DNA of 64,000 bases from an uncultured Actinomycetes bacterium (GTDB lineage Bacteria; Actinomycetota; Actinomycetes; S36-B12; UBA10799): assembly GCA_964556255.1 (NCBI GenBank), contig CAZKVQ010000009.1, positions 582-64,581 on the forward strand, read 5' to 3'. The position numbers and the translations under genes were made by a program. Numbering within the stretch: the first letter of the stretch is position 1; each line of letters opens with the position of its first letter. The notes under the pieces are model-generated. The model made no database searches. It saw nothing but the letters and a program-made list of their open reading frames with translations, and had not been told where the DNA came from. Shown piece after piece: positions 1-9,530 of the stretch.

Positions 1-365
1 TTGCCGGCCACCACCGATCCAGGTGCCAACCGGGGAGTGAGTTCCTCAACGGCTGACCACACCGCGCCGAGATCGGCAGCATTGGAACCGACCTGCTGCG
101 GGGTCCCGACACAGAGGAAATGTACCGAGCAGTCGGCCACGGCGGCGTAGTCGTCGGTGAACTCCAAACGTCCGCTGGGTAGTACTTCGGCGAGCAGTTC
201 CTCGAAGCCCGGCTCGTAGAAACTCGGCGCACCCGCGGCCAGCCCTTGGATCTTGGTCGCGTCGGTGTCGACCGCGGTCACGGTGAACCCCTGGGACGCC
301 AGCGCGGCGGCGTGGACGGCGCCGAGGTAGCCGGTACCGATGACAGAGACCCGTGGTTGCTGCAC
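1..365 (-). CDS. UDP-glucose/GDP-mannose dehydrogenase family protein, N-terminal part (gene continues beyond window start)
   Basis: Hand translation of the minus strand from GTG at 365 gives VQQPRVSVIGTGYLGAVHAAALASQGFTVTAVDTD...FYEPGFEELL...FLCVGTP. This contains a Rossmann GxGYxG NAD-binding fold and motifs typical of UDP-glucose 6-dehydrogenases. The frame is open to position 1. The ORF is absent from the track because it is open-ended. Confidence 0.8.
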   Translation of the reverse strand, partial: MQQPRVSVIGTGYLGAVHAAALASQGFTVTAVDTDATKIQGLAAGAPSFYEPGFEELLAEVLPSGRLEFTDDYAAVADCSVHFLCVGTPQQVGSNAADLGAVWSAVEELTPRLAPGSVVAG

Positions 366-567
366 CTGAACTCCCTGTCTCACCGCGCCGAAGTGCCCGT
401 TTCCCGGGGTGCTGGATCGTCGGCTGTCGCAGGCGGCAACGATCGCCGGATCGGGCGTATCTATGCTGGAGGCTACCCCGCCACCGTTGCGCCACCGGGC
501 GATGCCCGCAGATTGGAGCCGCGGCCGGCGACCGCTGGGAAGCCGAGCACGAAGGAGACCTGTAGAA

Positions 568-1716
568 GTGGACGCACCTGTGTACCAGCTGCCGGAGGAG
601 TACGTCGAGCTGCAGGAGGCCGTTCGCGCCCTTGCACAGGACAAGATCGCCCCTCGGGCGGCGGAGATCGACGCGGCGGGCGAGTTTCCCTGGGACGTCT
701 ACGATGCGTTGGTCTCGGCAGGTTTCCACGCGGTGCATATCCCGGAGGCCTACGGCGGCATGGGTGGCGACAACCTGGTGTCGGCGTTGGTCGTCGAGGA
801 GATCGCCCGGGTGTGTGGTTCGAGTTCGCTGATTCCGGCGGTCAACAAGCTGGGAACAACTCCGGTATTGGTGGGCGGCTCCGAAGAGGTCAAGAGCAGG
901 TACATGCCCGAGGTCGCCTCGGGTGAGGCGATGTTCTCCTACGCGCTGAGTGAGCCGGAGGCCGGTTCGGACGCCGCCAGCATGCGGACGAAGGCGGTAC
1001 GTGATGGAGATGACTGGGTACTGAACGGCAACAAGCGTTGGATCACCAACGCGGGGGTCTCGAAGTACTACACGGTGCTGGCCACTACCGATCCGGGCAC
1101 CGGGCCGAAGGGCATCACCGGTTTCGTCGTGCACGCCGACGACGAGGGCTTCACCCTCGGGGCGGAGGAGAACAAGCTCGGCATCAAGGGTTCGCCGACC
1201 CGGGAACTGTATTTCGACAACGTCCGGCTTCCGGCGGATCGAATCATCGGGGCGCCAGGCGAGGGCTGGACGATCGCTATGAAAACCCTCGACATCACCC
1301 GGGTCACCATTGGGGCCCAGGCGGTAGGGATGGCGCAGGGGGCTTTCGACGCGGCGCTGGCCTACGCGCAGGAGCGACGCCAGTTCGGCAAGGCCATCTC
1401 GGACTTCCAGGGATTGCAGTTCATGCTGGCCGACATGGCCATGCAGATCGAGGCCGCCCGCCAACTCGTCTACCACGCTGCAGCGGCCAGCGATCGTGGC
1501 GATCCCAACGTCACCTTCCTCGGGTCGGCAGCGAAGTGTTTCGCCTCGGACACCGCGATGAAAGTGACCGTCGATTGCGTCCAGGTGCTCGGCGGCTACG
1601 GCTACGTCAAGGATTACCCGGTGGAGCGCTTCCTGCGGGACGCCAAGATCACCCAGATCTACGAGGGCACCAACCAGATCCAACGGCTGGTGATGGCCCG
1701 TCAGCTACTCGGCTGA
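568..1716 (+). CDS. acyl-CoA dehydrogenase
   Basis: The 409..1716 ORF was trimmed to GTG 568, which follows the RBS-like GAAGGAGA. The sequence (YQLPEEYVELQEAVRALAQDKIAPRAAEIDAAGEFPWDVY ... YEGTNQIQRLVMARQLL) is a canonical ACAD with the C-terminal YEGTxxIQ motif. Confidence 0.9.
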   Translation: MDAPVYQLPEEYVELQEAVRALAQDKIAPRAAEIDAAGEFPWDVYDALVSAGFHAVHIPEAYGGMGGDNLVSALVVEEIARVCGSSSLIPAVNKLGTTPVLVGGSEEVKSRYMPEVASGEAMFSYALSEPEAGSDAASMRTKAVRDGDDWVLNGNKRWITNAGVSKYYTVLATTDPGTGPKGITGFVVHADDEGFTLGAEENKLGIKGSPTRELYFDNVRLPADRIIGAPGEGWTIAMKTLDITRVTIGAQAVGMAQGAFDAALAYAQERRQFGKAISDFQGLQFMLADMAMQIEAARQLVYHAAAASDRGDPNVTFLGSAAKCFASDTAMKVTVDCVQVLGGYGYVKDYPVERFLRDAKITQIYEGTNQIQRLVMARQLLG

Positions 1717-1758
1717 GCGGGCCCTCCCGGCCGACCCTCCTGGGCCGGCCGCGCCCCG

Positions 1759-2373
1759 TCAGTTGGTGACGTAGGTGCTCGGGTCGCCGGAACCGAACCC
1801 GCTCGCGTAGGCGCTCGCGTCAGGTGGGCACTTGGCATCAACGGCGGCGGACAGGTCGCTGCTCAGTTGCTGCACCCCGGGCGTGTTGGCAGCTGCCAGG
1901 GCCTCTTGGATCTGCTCGGGCGACTGGCCCTTGGCGAAGCCGTCCTTGATGATCGCGGAGAGGGTGGCGAATTCAGCCAGATAGACCTGCGAGGAGGCGG
2001 GTGCAGACGCCCCCAATTTGGCAACCACGGCCGTGGCCGCGGTCTTGGCGTCGTCCAGCGCCTTCAGCGCCGCGGCACCCTGATCACTGGAAAGGTCGAG
2101 ACCGGCCACCAGCGTGCCAAGATCGAGCTTGTCCGCGTCAGATCGGATGATCTGGCAGTCGATCTTCGCCTGAATCTCGGCAGATGCCGAGGCGAGGCCG
2201 ACGCCTGCCGGGTCGGGACTGGCGGTAGTGGCGGTGGCAGTCGGAGTGGGGCTCGCGGAGACCGTCGCCGAGTTCGTTGAGGTACTTGACGCGCCGCCGC
2301 TGGAGCACCCGAGCAGCACCGATGCGGGCACCGCTGCTAGTAGGAGCAGTGCGGCGAACCTGGATCTGTCCAT
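1759..2373 (-). CDS. putative secreted lipoprotein (unknown function)
   Basis: 204-aa ORF. The N-terminus MDRSRFAALLLLAAVPASVLLGCSSGG has a signal peptide with a lipobox (LLGC). A Ser/Thr/Ala/Pro-rich linker follows. Confidence 0.7.
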   Translation of the reverse strand: MDRSRFAALLLLAAVPASVLLGCSSGGASSTSTNSATVSASPTPTATATTASPDPAGVGLASASAEIQAKIDCQIIRSDADKLDLGTLVAGLDLSSDQGAAALKALDDAKTAATAVVAKLGASAPASSQVYLAEFATLSAIIKDGFAKGQSPEQIQEALAAANTPGVQQLSSDLSAAVDAKCPPDASAYASGFGSGDPSTYVTN

Positions 2374-2433
2374 GACGGAGTTGTATCAGAAGATGAGGGG
2401 CTGGCATCGTCGTCCCCGCGCAAGGGCGGGGAA

Positions 2434-3873
2434 TTACCGTCCGCAGATGTCGTCAGCCGCGGTTCGGACCCCGGCGCCAGCGACCGCCGCCGACTGCTTG
2501 TCCGTGGTGGTGCCGGCAGCGTCGGGGCCCGAAGCGAGCGAGACCACCGGTTGCAGGCCGCGGTAGTCCGTGCCCAATTGGATCCGGTAGGTGCCGCCGA
2601 GACCTACTAGCGGCTTGGCGGCTGCGCCTGGCAACGAGGCCTTGACGGTGTCCAGGGCCGAGTCGTACGTCGGGTCGTAGAAGATCGTCGTTGCCGTCTC
2701 GGGAGGATCACCACCATTGTCATATCGCGAGTTGACGATGTAACCCGCCGCCTCGAAGTCGTCAGCGGCGCGGCCGAGCAGGTCTTTGTCGCCGCTGGCG
2801 TTGACGAGTTGCACGTCGATCTTCGACGTTGGGATCTCCACCGGAGTCGGCTTGCCGGCGGCCGTATCGGGAAGCCGCAGAGGCGTGTCCGACTGCATCG
2901 CATCGAACAGGGCTCCCGCCCGCGCGTCCCAGGTGAGTACCGAACCGATGCCGTCGATGGTCTGCTCCGACGACACCGGAACTGTCTGGAACGTCACCTT
3001 GTCGGGGCTGGTTGTGCGGGCGCGCTGAGACAGGTCGAACAACCCGGCGGTATCCAAGCCCGGATCGGTGGTGAGGCTGCCGAACAGCGCGTTCGTGACG
3101 TCGGTGAACTTGGCCGGGTTGAGTAGCACTCCCGGGCTGGTGGCACGCTTGAAAGCCGAGGCGAGGAAGGCCTGTTGCCGACGCATGCGGCCGAAGTCGT
3201 CGGTGGGGTCAACTGAGCGAGCACGGACGAAGGCCAACGCGGCCGGGCCATCCAGCGTGCTACGGCCGGCCGGGATGTCGAGCCCCGACAGGCCGTCGGC
3301 GAGTGGGGAAGGGGTACAGACATCGACGCCTTCGAGCGCCGACACCACATTGGAGAAGCCCTCGAAGTCGACCTCTGCGTAGTGGTCAATCCGGACACCG
3401 GTGGCCTTCTCGACGGTGTTGACCACCAGCGGTGCGCCGCCGGCAGCCAGCGCCGAACCGATCTTGCCCATCGCGGCGGGCACCGGCACGCCATCGGCGT
3501 CGGTGTGTGCGGGCAGCTCCACGTAGGAGTCCCGGGGGATGCTCACGACGCCGATCGAACCGTCCGACGACAGATGAAGGAGAACCATCGTGTCGGTGCT
3601 CTTCGGTCCGGTATCGGAGCCAACATGAAGAGTCCGCTGCTGCTCGTCACTGAGTTCAGAGCGGTCGTCGGACCCGACCACCAGAATGTTGGTGCCGCCG
3701 GCCTCAGCCGGCCGCTCCGTCAAGCCTTCGAACGCGTTCACGTGGTTGATCTGGCCGCCGTAGTGGAACGCTGTCGCGTATCCCATACCGCTCAGGGCCA
3801 GCACGACCGCTGCCAGGGCGCCCGCGAGGACGACGTGGGGTCGGGAACGACCCCACCGCGCGAACTTCGCCAC
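2434..3873 (-). CDS. LytR-CpsA-Psr (LCP) family cell-wall glycopolymer ligase with C-terminal LytR_C-like domain
   Basis: LCP core NILVVGSDDRS...STDTMVLLHLSSDGSIGVVSIPRDSYVELP...FDFEGF. One N-terminal TM helix. The start was set at GTG 3873, preceded by AAAGGA. The track ORF extends to 3978, so the start is uncertain. Confidence 0.85.
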   Translation of the reverse strand: MAKFARWGRSRPHVVLAGALAAVVLALSGMGYATAFHYGGQINHVNAFEGLTERPAEAGGTNILVVGSDDRSELSDEQQRTLHVGSDTGPKSTDTMVLLHLSSDGSIGVVSIPRDSYVELPAHTDADGVPVPAAMGKIGSALAAGGAPLVVNTVEKATGVRIDHYAEVDFEGFSNVVSALEGVDVCTPSPLADGLSGLDIPAGRSTLDGPAALAFVRARSVDPTDDFGRMRRQQAFLASAFKRATSPGVLLNPAKFTDVTNALFGSLTTDPGLDTAGLFDLSQRARTTSPDKVTFQTVPVSSEQTIDGIGSVLTWDARAGALFDAMQSDTPLRLPDTAAGKPTPVEIPTSKIDVQLVNASGDKDLLGRAADDFEAAGYIVNSRYDNGGDPPETATTIFYDPTYDSALDTVKASLPGAAAKPLVGLGGTYRIQLGTDYRGLQPVVSLASGPDAAGTTTDKQSAAVAGAGVRTAADDICGR

Positions 3874-4016
3874 ACCCGATCCTTTCGACGGCCATGCGCC
3901 AACATGGGCACGGTCCACTGTAAGGATCGGAAAGCTGTTAGCCGCGCTGCCACGCCCGCCGAGTCCAGGGATCACCACACGAGCGGGGATCGCGGCGGCT
4001 GTTAGGTTCTACTGTC

Positions 4017-5108
4017 ATGACCGTCCCGCCCGCAGTCGCCGATGAAAGTGGTCGGGCCGGCGATGCGGGGAGTCTGTCCCAGCAGTCCGCGGACACCGAG
4101 TTCCCGCCGGTCACGATCTACATGACGGTTCTGGATGAGGAGCGGCACCTCGCGGAGGTCGTGGAACACGCCCAGACGCAGGACTACCCGGGCGAGCTGC
4201 AGATCGTTGTGGCAGTCGGCCCTTGCAGCGACGGAACCCGCGGCATTGCCGAACGCTTGGCCGAAGAGGATCCTCGGATCGTCGTCGTCGACAATCCGAG
4301 CGGCTACATCGCGGCAGGACTGAACCGGGCGCTGGCAGCGGCTCAGCACGAGATCGTCGTTCGGGTTGATGGCCATGCGATGCTCCCGCCGGGTTACGTG
4401 TCGGAGGCGGTCGCCACGTTGCGGGCGACCGGGGCGGACAACGTCGGTGGCATCATGGCGGCTGAGGGCGAGACCGATTTCGAACGCGCGGTTGCCTGTG
4501 CGATGCGGTCCCCGATCGGGGTGGGACGCGCCGCCTTCCACACCGGTGGTGAGCCGGGGGAGGCCCTCACCGTGTACCTGGGTGCTTTTCGGCGAGAAGC
4601 GCAGCAGCGCGCCGGCGGATACGACGAGTCGATGCTGCGCGCGGAGGATTGGGAGCTGAACCATCGGATCCGTTCCAACGGCGGTCTGGTGTGGTTCAAC
4701 CCGCGGATGCAGGTGAGCTACCGCCCACGCCCCAACCTCCGGATGCTCGCACGGCAGTACTTCTTCTACGGACAGTGGCGAAGGGAGATCACCCGCCGAC
4801 ACCGGGAGACCGTGAGTCTCCGGTATCTTGCGCCGCCGGTGCTGGTGAGCATCCTCTCCGCGGGCACGCTGGCAGGCACCGCCGGGACCCTCGGGGGCCC
4901 TCGATGGCTGCGGGCCGGCTGGTTGGCCCCGCTGGGCTACGCCGGCGCGCTGCTGGTCGGATCCGCGGTGACGGGCCGGGATCTACCGTGGCGGATAGCG
5001 GCCAAACTGCCTGCCGTATATGCCACCATGCACTGCGCCTGGGGGGTCGGGTTCCTGACATCGCCGGCGGACCTGTCTACCCGGGATCACGGCCGAGCGG
5101 TGCGCTGA
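4017..5108 (+). CDS. glycosyltransferase family 2 protein with C-terminal membrane helices
   Basis: VTIYMTVLDEERHLAEVVEHAQTQDYPGELQIVVAVGPCSDGT...VVVDNPSG...VRVDGH has the GT-A fold and DxD-type signature. The C-terminus is hydrophobic. Confidence 0.85.
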   Translation: MTVPPAVADESGRAGDAGSLSQQSADTEFPPVTIYMTVLDEERHLAEVVEHAQTQDYPGELQIVVAVGPCSDGTRGIAERLAEEDPRIVVVDNPSGYIAAGLNRALAAAQHEIVVRVDGHAMLPPGYVSEAVATLRATGADNVGGIMAAEGETDFERAVACAMRSPIGVGRAAFHTGGEPGEALTVYLGAFRREAQQRAGGYDESMLRAEDWELNHRIRSNGGLVWFNPRMQVSYRPRPNLRMLARQYFFYGQWRREITRRHRETVSLRYLAPPVLVSILSAGTLAGTAGTLGGPRWLRAGWLAPLGYAGALLVGSAVTGRDLPWRIAAKLPAVYATMHCAWGVGFLTSPADLSTRDHGRAVR

Positions 5109-5129
5109 TCTCGCTCCGATCCGCACCCT

Positions 5130-6011
5130 TCAGACGATCGGTGGCCGGCCGTGCCGGGTCATTTCGAGGATTCCCCGCCACGACAACGGCCGACGCTCGC
5201 CGGGATCGACGTGCCAACCTTCCTGCCAACCCCGGCGCCATTCCGCACGCGAATCCGGGTCCGCACGGTTGCGCCAGCCGAATACCGCACCCCACACCCC
5301 CAGGTAGGCCGGGACGAGGACCCAGGGGAGATTCCGACGTGCCAGCAGCACCCGGTTTCGGGAGTTCATCCGCTGGAACACAGAGTGGCGGGTCGCTGGC
5401 GAAACAGGATGGTAGGTAGTCAGATCGCCCGCGTACCAGACGATGGCGCCGGCGTCCCAGACCCGCCAGGCGAGTTCGATGCCCTCGTGGGCGTAGAGGT
5501 AGGGGGTGCCCCAACCACCCGCCTCCGTGAACAGGGCCCGACGCACCATTACGGCGGCCTCACAGACGTACATCGTCGTCGAAGGTCGTCCAGGGTCGCC
5601 TTTGCGCAGGCGAGGTACCCAGCTGCGCGGGGCAGCGGGGTTGTCCGGGTCGGTGATGCGCGTCTGCACCATGCCGATGTCTGGGTGGGCCCGGAACACC
5701 TCGGCGACCTCGGCCAGCGCCGAAGGGCCGGGAAGCCAGGCGTCGTCGTCGAGGAAGAACAACAGGTCGCCGCGCACGTGGTCAACCCCGGCGTTGCGCC
5801 CGCTGACGCCGACGTTCTCCGGCAGGTGCACCGCTGCGACGCCGGACGGGAGGCCAGTGGGAGCCCAGCCATTTCCAACACAGACGACATCGACCTCGAC
5901 CCCGGTCTGGTTCAGCACTGAGCGCAGCGCACGATCCAACTCGATCGGACGGTTGCCTTGGGTGAGGACGACGACTCCCACGGTCAGGGCGGGCACCTCA
6001 CCTGCCGTCAT
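5130..6011 (-). CDS. glycosyltransferase family 2 protein (rhamnosyltransferase/WbbL-like)
   Basis: The C-terminal 293 codons of the 5130..6743 ORF start at ATG 6011 (MTAGEVPALTVGVVVLTQGNRP...FFLDDDAW), a GT2 signature. The ATG overlaps the stop of the upstream gene (ATGA at 6008-6011). The longer track ORF is an Arg/Pro-rich out-of-context extension. Confidence 0.85.
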   Translation of the reverse strand: MTAGEVPALTVGVVVLTQGNRPIELDRALRSVLNQTGVEVDVVCVGNGWAPTGLPSGVAAVHLPENVGVSGRNAGVDHVRGDLLFFLDDDAWLPGPSALAEVAEVFRAHPDIGMVQTRITDPDNPAAPRSWVPRLRKGDPGRPSTTMYVCEAAVMVRRALFTEAGGWGTPYLYAHEGIELAWRVWDAGAIVWYAGDLTTYHPVSPATRHSVFQRMNSRNRVLLARRNLPWVLVPAYLGVWGAVFGWRNRADPDSRAEWRRGWQEGWHVDPGERRPLSWRGILEMTRHGRPPIV

Positions 6012-7774
6012 CGGGTGCGGCGGTACCAATTGCTCTGCAGTGCCAGCCAGACGAGACCGAGGAGCACCGCCACGACAAGTAGTCCGGAACCTGCGACAGC
6101 GGCCGTGCCCAAGGCCGACAGCAGCAGCAGTCGGCCGTCGAATCCCAGGCCCAGCAATGCGACGAAGGCCGGCGGTGCTCCCATGTCGAGGCGGTTGCGG
6201 TCGACACCGTCGAGCACGACGAGGGACATGCACACGGCGAACAGGAGAGCCCAGGGCTGGCCTGCTCCGACCAGCGAGGAGGCTATGGACGCCACTGCGA
6301 TGAATTCGATGGTGCGCAGGGCAGTGGGCAGCCACCACCCTCGGCTGCCGCCGTAGCCGCCGGCCATTCCTGCCGCGACGGCGGTCGCGAGAAACGCACT
6401 GCTCAGCACGATCGGCCACGGGTTGCCCCGCCACGAGAGCCCCGCGGCCAGCACCGTCAGCGCGAAGCCGGCGATCAGCAATCGGGTGGCCCATGGGGAC
6501 AGTCGCGGGCCGACCGAGTTCGCGACGGCACGGACGACGACGCCGGCGTCGATCAGTGATCCCGGCGGGGTCAGGGAGCGGCGCTGGAGCACGGCATTGG
6601 GAGCCTCGACTTCGTCGTAGGCGAGTCCGCTGCGACGGCGGTTGAACAGCACCATCGCCGTCTGGGCGATACCGGCAACTGCGGCGACTCCGAGGGCGAG
6701 AGCCGGCGAGGCGAAGGCTATGGCCAGCGCGAGCACCAACCAACGGACACCGCGATAGGTCGGTACGTCCAGTCCGTGCCAGCGCTGGCTTCCGGCGCAG
6801 GTCTCGGCCACCGTCAGCATGCCGACAGCCATCATCCCCAGGATCCAGACGGGTTCATCGAGCCTGGCTCCGGCCACGGCGACCCCGGCCAGCACCCCGA
6901 ATTCCACAACCCGGTTGGCCACCGAGTTCGTCCAGGCGCCCCGCACTGAGCGGCGTCTGCGGTATCGGGCGACCTCACCGTCGCCGAGAAGCAGCAGTCC
7001 GGCCGCAAGGAAGAGTGCGGCCCCCAGCACCGCGGCGGGGCGACTCCCGAGGCCGATGATGAGGGCAGCGAAGATTCCGACGCCGGCGCCGACTGCCGTG
7101 AGGGTCTGCGACGACCAGCCCTTCGTGACGGCGAATCTGGTGACCCTTCGCGACAGTGGTCTCAGCAGTCGCGCGGTGACAGGATCCTGGACGGTGTCGG
7201 AGGCGGCCTGCAGCCGTCGATCCGGCTCGCTGCGGGAGGGCAGGTCCATGGCGCCGCGGCTGGCGCAGAACGGTGCAGCGGGTACGACCTCCACGGTCAG
7301 GCCGCCGTCGGTGAGCAGGTCGAGCGCGTACTGCCAGGAGGTCTCCTCGGAACGGTCGGCGGCCCCCACGGCCCGGCGGGCCAGGGCCGCGAAGGTGGCC
7401 CGGTCGGAGGGGTCGATACGCAGTACGCCGGCGGACCGACCGACTGGCGCGCCACTCTCCGAGATCGATTCCGGGGTCGCGAGAACGACGGGGTTCAACT
7501 CGTCGATGCCGTTGTGCGCGAGCAGCACAGCCGTGCCCACCTCGGGGTCGTCCAGCAGATTGGCCAGCGCCTGCAGTTCCGCGTGAACGTCGTGATCGGC
7601 CAGGATGAGCGGCCCCTCGCCGGCTTCGGCGCGGTCGGCCCAATCGGTGAGGACGGTTCCGCTGACGGAATCGCCGCAGACGATCAGTTCGCCGCCGCCG
7701 ACGGCGGAGAACAGGGCGGACGTGTGCTCATCGAGGGCGGACTCGCGCTCGAGATGGTAGTTGGAAGTTGCCAC
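6008..7774 (-). CDS. large polytopic membrane protein, CDP-alcohol phosphatidyltransferase-like (degenerate motif)
   Basis: 588-aa ORF with a ~190-aa soluble N-terminus followed by many hydrophobic helices. DGEVARYRRRRSVRGAWTNSVAN fits DG-x2-AR-x8-G, but both distal Asp of the family signature are Asn. Translationally coupled to the downstream GT2. Confidence 0.7.
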   Translation of the reverse strand: MATSNYHLERESALDEHTSALFSAVGGGELIVCGDSVSGTVLTDWADRAEAGEGPLILADHDVHAELQALANLLDDPEVGTAVLLAHNGIDELNPVVLATPESISESGAPVGRSAGVLRIDPSDRATFAALARRAVGAADRSEETSWQYALDLLTDGGLTVEVVPAAPFCASRGAMDLPSRSEPDRRLQAASDTVQDPVTARLLRPLSRRVTRFAVTKGWSSQTLTAVGAGVGIFAALIIGLGSRPAAVLGAALFLAAGLLLLGDGEVARYRRRRSVRGAWTNSVANRVVEFGVLAGVAVAGARLDEPVWILGMMAVGMLTVAETCAGSQRWHGLDVPTYRGVRWLVLALAIAFASPALALGVAAVAGIAQTAMVLFNRRRSGLAYDEVEAPNAVLQRRSLTPPGSLIDAGVVVRAVANSVGPRLSPWATRLLIAGFALTVLAAGLSWRGNPWPIVLSSAFLATAVAAGMAGGYGGSRGWWLPTALRTIEFIAVASIASSLVGAGQPWALLFAVCMSLVVLDGVDRNRLDMGAPPAFVALLGLGFDGRLLLLSALGTAAVAGSGLLVVAVLLGLVWLALQSNWYRRTR

Positions 7775-7870
7775 CGGACTTGTCTACCAGCCAGCACCGA
7801 CAACCCCGTGGAGGCGCAACGGGCATGACGCGTCCGGAGTGACGCATTCGACTCAGCGGATGAGAGGAAG

Positions 7871-9295
7871 TCAGGAGCAGATGACTTGGGCGGCGTTCTT
7901 GGCGGCGCCACGCTCCGGCGCCGGGGTAGTGCCGTCCGTCACCGCCGGCTTCGGTTGCACGACCACCGAACGGACGCCCGAGTAGTCGTTGCCCACGACC
8001 ACGGTGACCAGGCCTTCGGTGCCGCCGGCCAGCTGCGCTTTGGAGTTCAGCGCGTAGGCCACGGTACGTGCGTCCTCGGACTCAGACGGGAAGGCCGCAA
8101 CCTGAGTCTGGGCCACGTTTGAATCCGGGAAACTGCCCGTGTCCACGACGTTGTAGCCGGCGCTGGTCAATTCCTGGGCCACTGCCTCGGCCCGGCCAGG
8201 GGTGCTGGTGCCGTTCAGCACCCGGACACGGATGTTTTCGGGTGCCTGGGTCAACGCCGACTGGCCTTCGGGGACCGTCGGCTTCGGCGGCCAAGGAGTA
8301 TCGGATTTCATGGCCGCCCACAGCGGATCCGCCTTCGACTTGACCCAGAGCACGGTTGCCTTGTCGTCATTGTCGACGACCGGCACCGTGAGGAATGTCA
8401 CGTCGCTCGGCTTGATGCTGCTCATCGATGTGGCCAGGTCTTGCAGATTCTGCAGGTCCGCCAACTCGGGATCCGTTGTCAGCGATTTCGTGACGTTGTC
8501 GAGCACCCGATAGAGAGTCACCGGGTTGCTCAGGACCTGCATGCTCGTCGCCTTTCGTACCGCCGACGACAGGAAATCCTGCTGACGTTCGATCCGTCCG
8601 AGGTCGGAGCCGTCGCCGAGCGTGTAGCGGGCCCGGACGAAGGCCAGGGCGTCCTCTCCCTTGACGACGCTCTTACCGGCGGGCAGGTTGAGTCCGCTCT
8701 TTTCATCGCTGACGGGTTGGTTGACGCACACCTCGACACCGTCGAGAGCATCCACGACACCCTTGAAACCTTGGAAGTCGACCACCATGTAGTGGTCGAC
8801 GTAGACCCCGGTCAGCGACTCCACGGCCTTGATAGTGCAGGCGGGCCCACCGATGTTGAACGCCTCATTGAACCGATCGCGCTTGGCGGGGACCATGACG
8901 CCCTGGGCGTTCTTGCACGACGGCAGATCCACCATCGAGTCCCGCGGGATGCTGACCGCGAAGGCGTTCTTCCGGTCCGCCGAGACGTGCAGCAGGATCG
9001 CAGTGTCCGACCGGGCGCCCTCGATGTCCTTCGAACTGCCGTAGTTCGTGTTGCCGGCACCGGTGCGAATATCCGAACCCATCAGCAGGATGTTCACCGG
9101 CTGGTTGTCGCCGGAGGCCTTCGACTTGTCCGGCCTTGGGCCGATCAGCGAGGTGAGATCCTTCGAGACGATGTTGTTGTCCAGTTGGCGGTAGGCGATG
9201 GCACCCGCCCCCGCGACCCCGGTGACGACGAGGACGCCGGCGCTGGCGATGCCAGCCATGACCCGAGGCCACCTACGTCGACGTTCCGGACTCAC
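7871..9295 (-). CDS. LytR-CpsA-Psr (LCP) family protein, second paralog, with LytR_C-like C-terminus
   Basis: NILLMGSDIRTG...RSDTAILLHVSADRKNAFAVSIPRDSMVDLP...VVDFQGF. N-terminal TM helix. GTG start at 9295 preceded by GGAGGA. Confidence 0.85.
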   Translation of the reverse strand: MSPERRRRWPRVMAGIASAGVLVVTGVAGAGAIAYRQLDNNIVSKDLTSLIGPRPDKSKASGDNQPVNILLMGSDIRTGAGNTNYGSSKDIEGARSDTAILLHVSADRKNAFAVSIPRDSMVDLPSCKNAQGVMVPAKRDRFNEAFNIGGPACTIKAVESLTGVYVDHYMVVDFQGFKGVVDALDGVEVCVNQPVSDEKSGLNLPAGKSVVKGEDALAFVRARYTLGDGSDLGRIERQQDFLSSAVRKATSMQVLSNPVTLYRVLDNVTKSLTTDPELADLQNLQDLATSMSSIKPSDVTFLTVPVVDNDDKATVLWVKSKADPLWAAMKSDTPWPPKPTVPEGQSALTQAPENIRVRVLNGTSTPGRAEAVAQELTSAGYNVVDTGSFPDSNVAQTQVAAFPSESEDARTVAYALNSKAQLAGGTEGLVTVVVGNDYSGVRSVVVQPKPAVTDGTTPAPERGAAKNAAQVICS

Positions 9296-9530
9296 TCGAT
9301 CCTCCGATTCTGGGGAGTCCGTCGAACGGACCCGTCAGACAATCCTAACTGCGGGCTGGGGACCCGGTGGGGGTGCACCGGATAGATGTGGGACGCGACA
9401 CTGCATCGCCAGGTTCCGGCTCACCCAGCTGAGCCAATTACAGGCGTGTATTTAGACAAGGGTTACACAGCCCGGTCGTGACTTTGGGAGCATGGGGGTG
9501 CGCGTCGTGCGGCGCGAGAGGGGTGGCCAG

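Noticed and set aside
46-1683. 545-aa minus-strand ORF covering the acyl-CoA dehydrogenase gene
   Set aside because: It is Arg/Gly/Pro/His-rich and has no recognisable motif. It lies exactly antisense to a strongly conserved plus-strand gene, which is the typical stop-codon-poor antisense frame of GC-rich DNA.
5130-6743. Full 537-aa track ORF as a single glycosyltransferase
   Set aside because: The N-terminal ~240 codons overlap the 6008-7774 membrane-protein gene in another frame and are Arg-rich nonsense. The GT2 domain starts at ATG 6011, with an ATGA overlap to the upstream stop.
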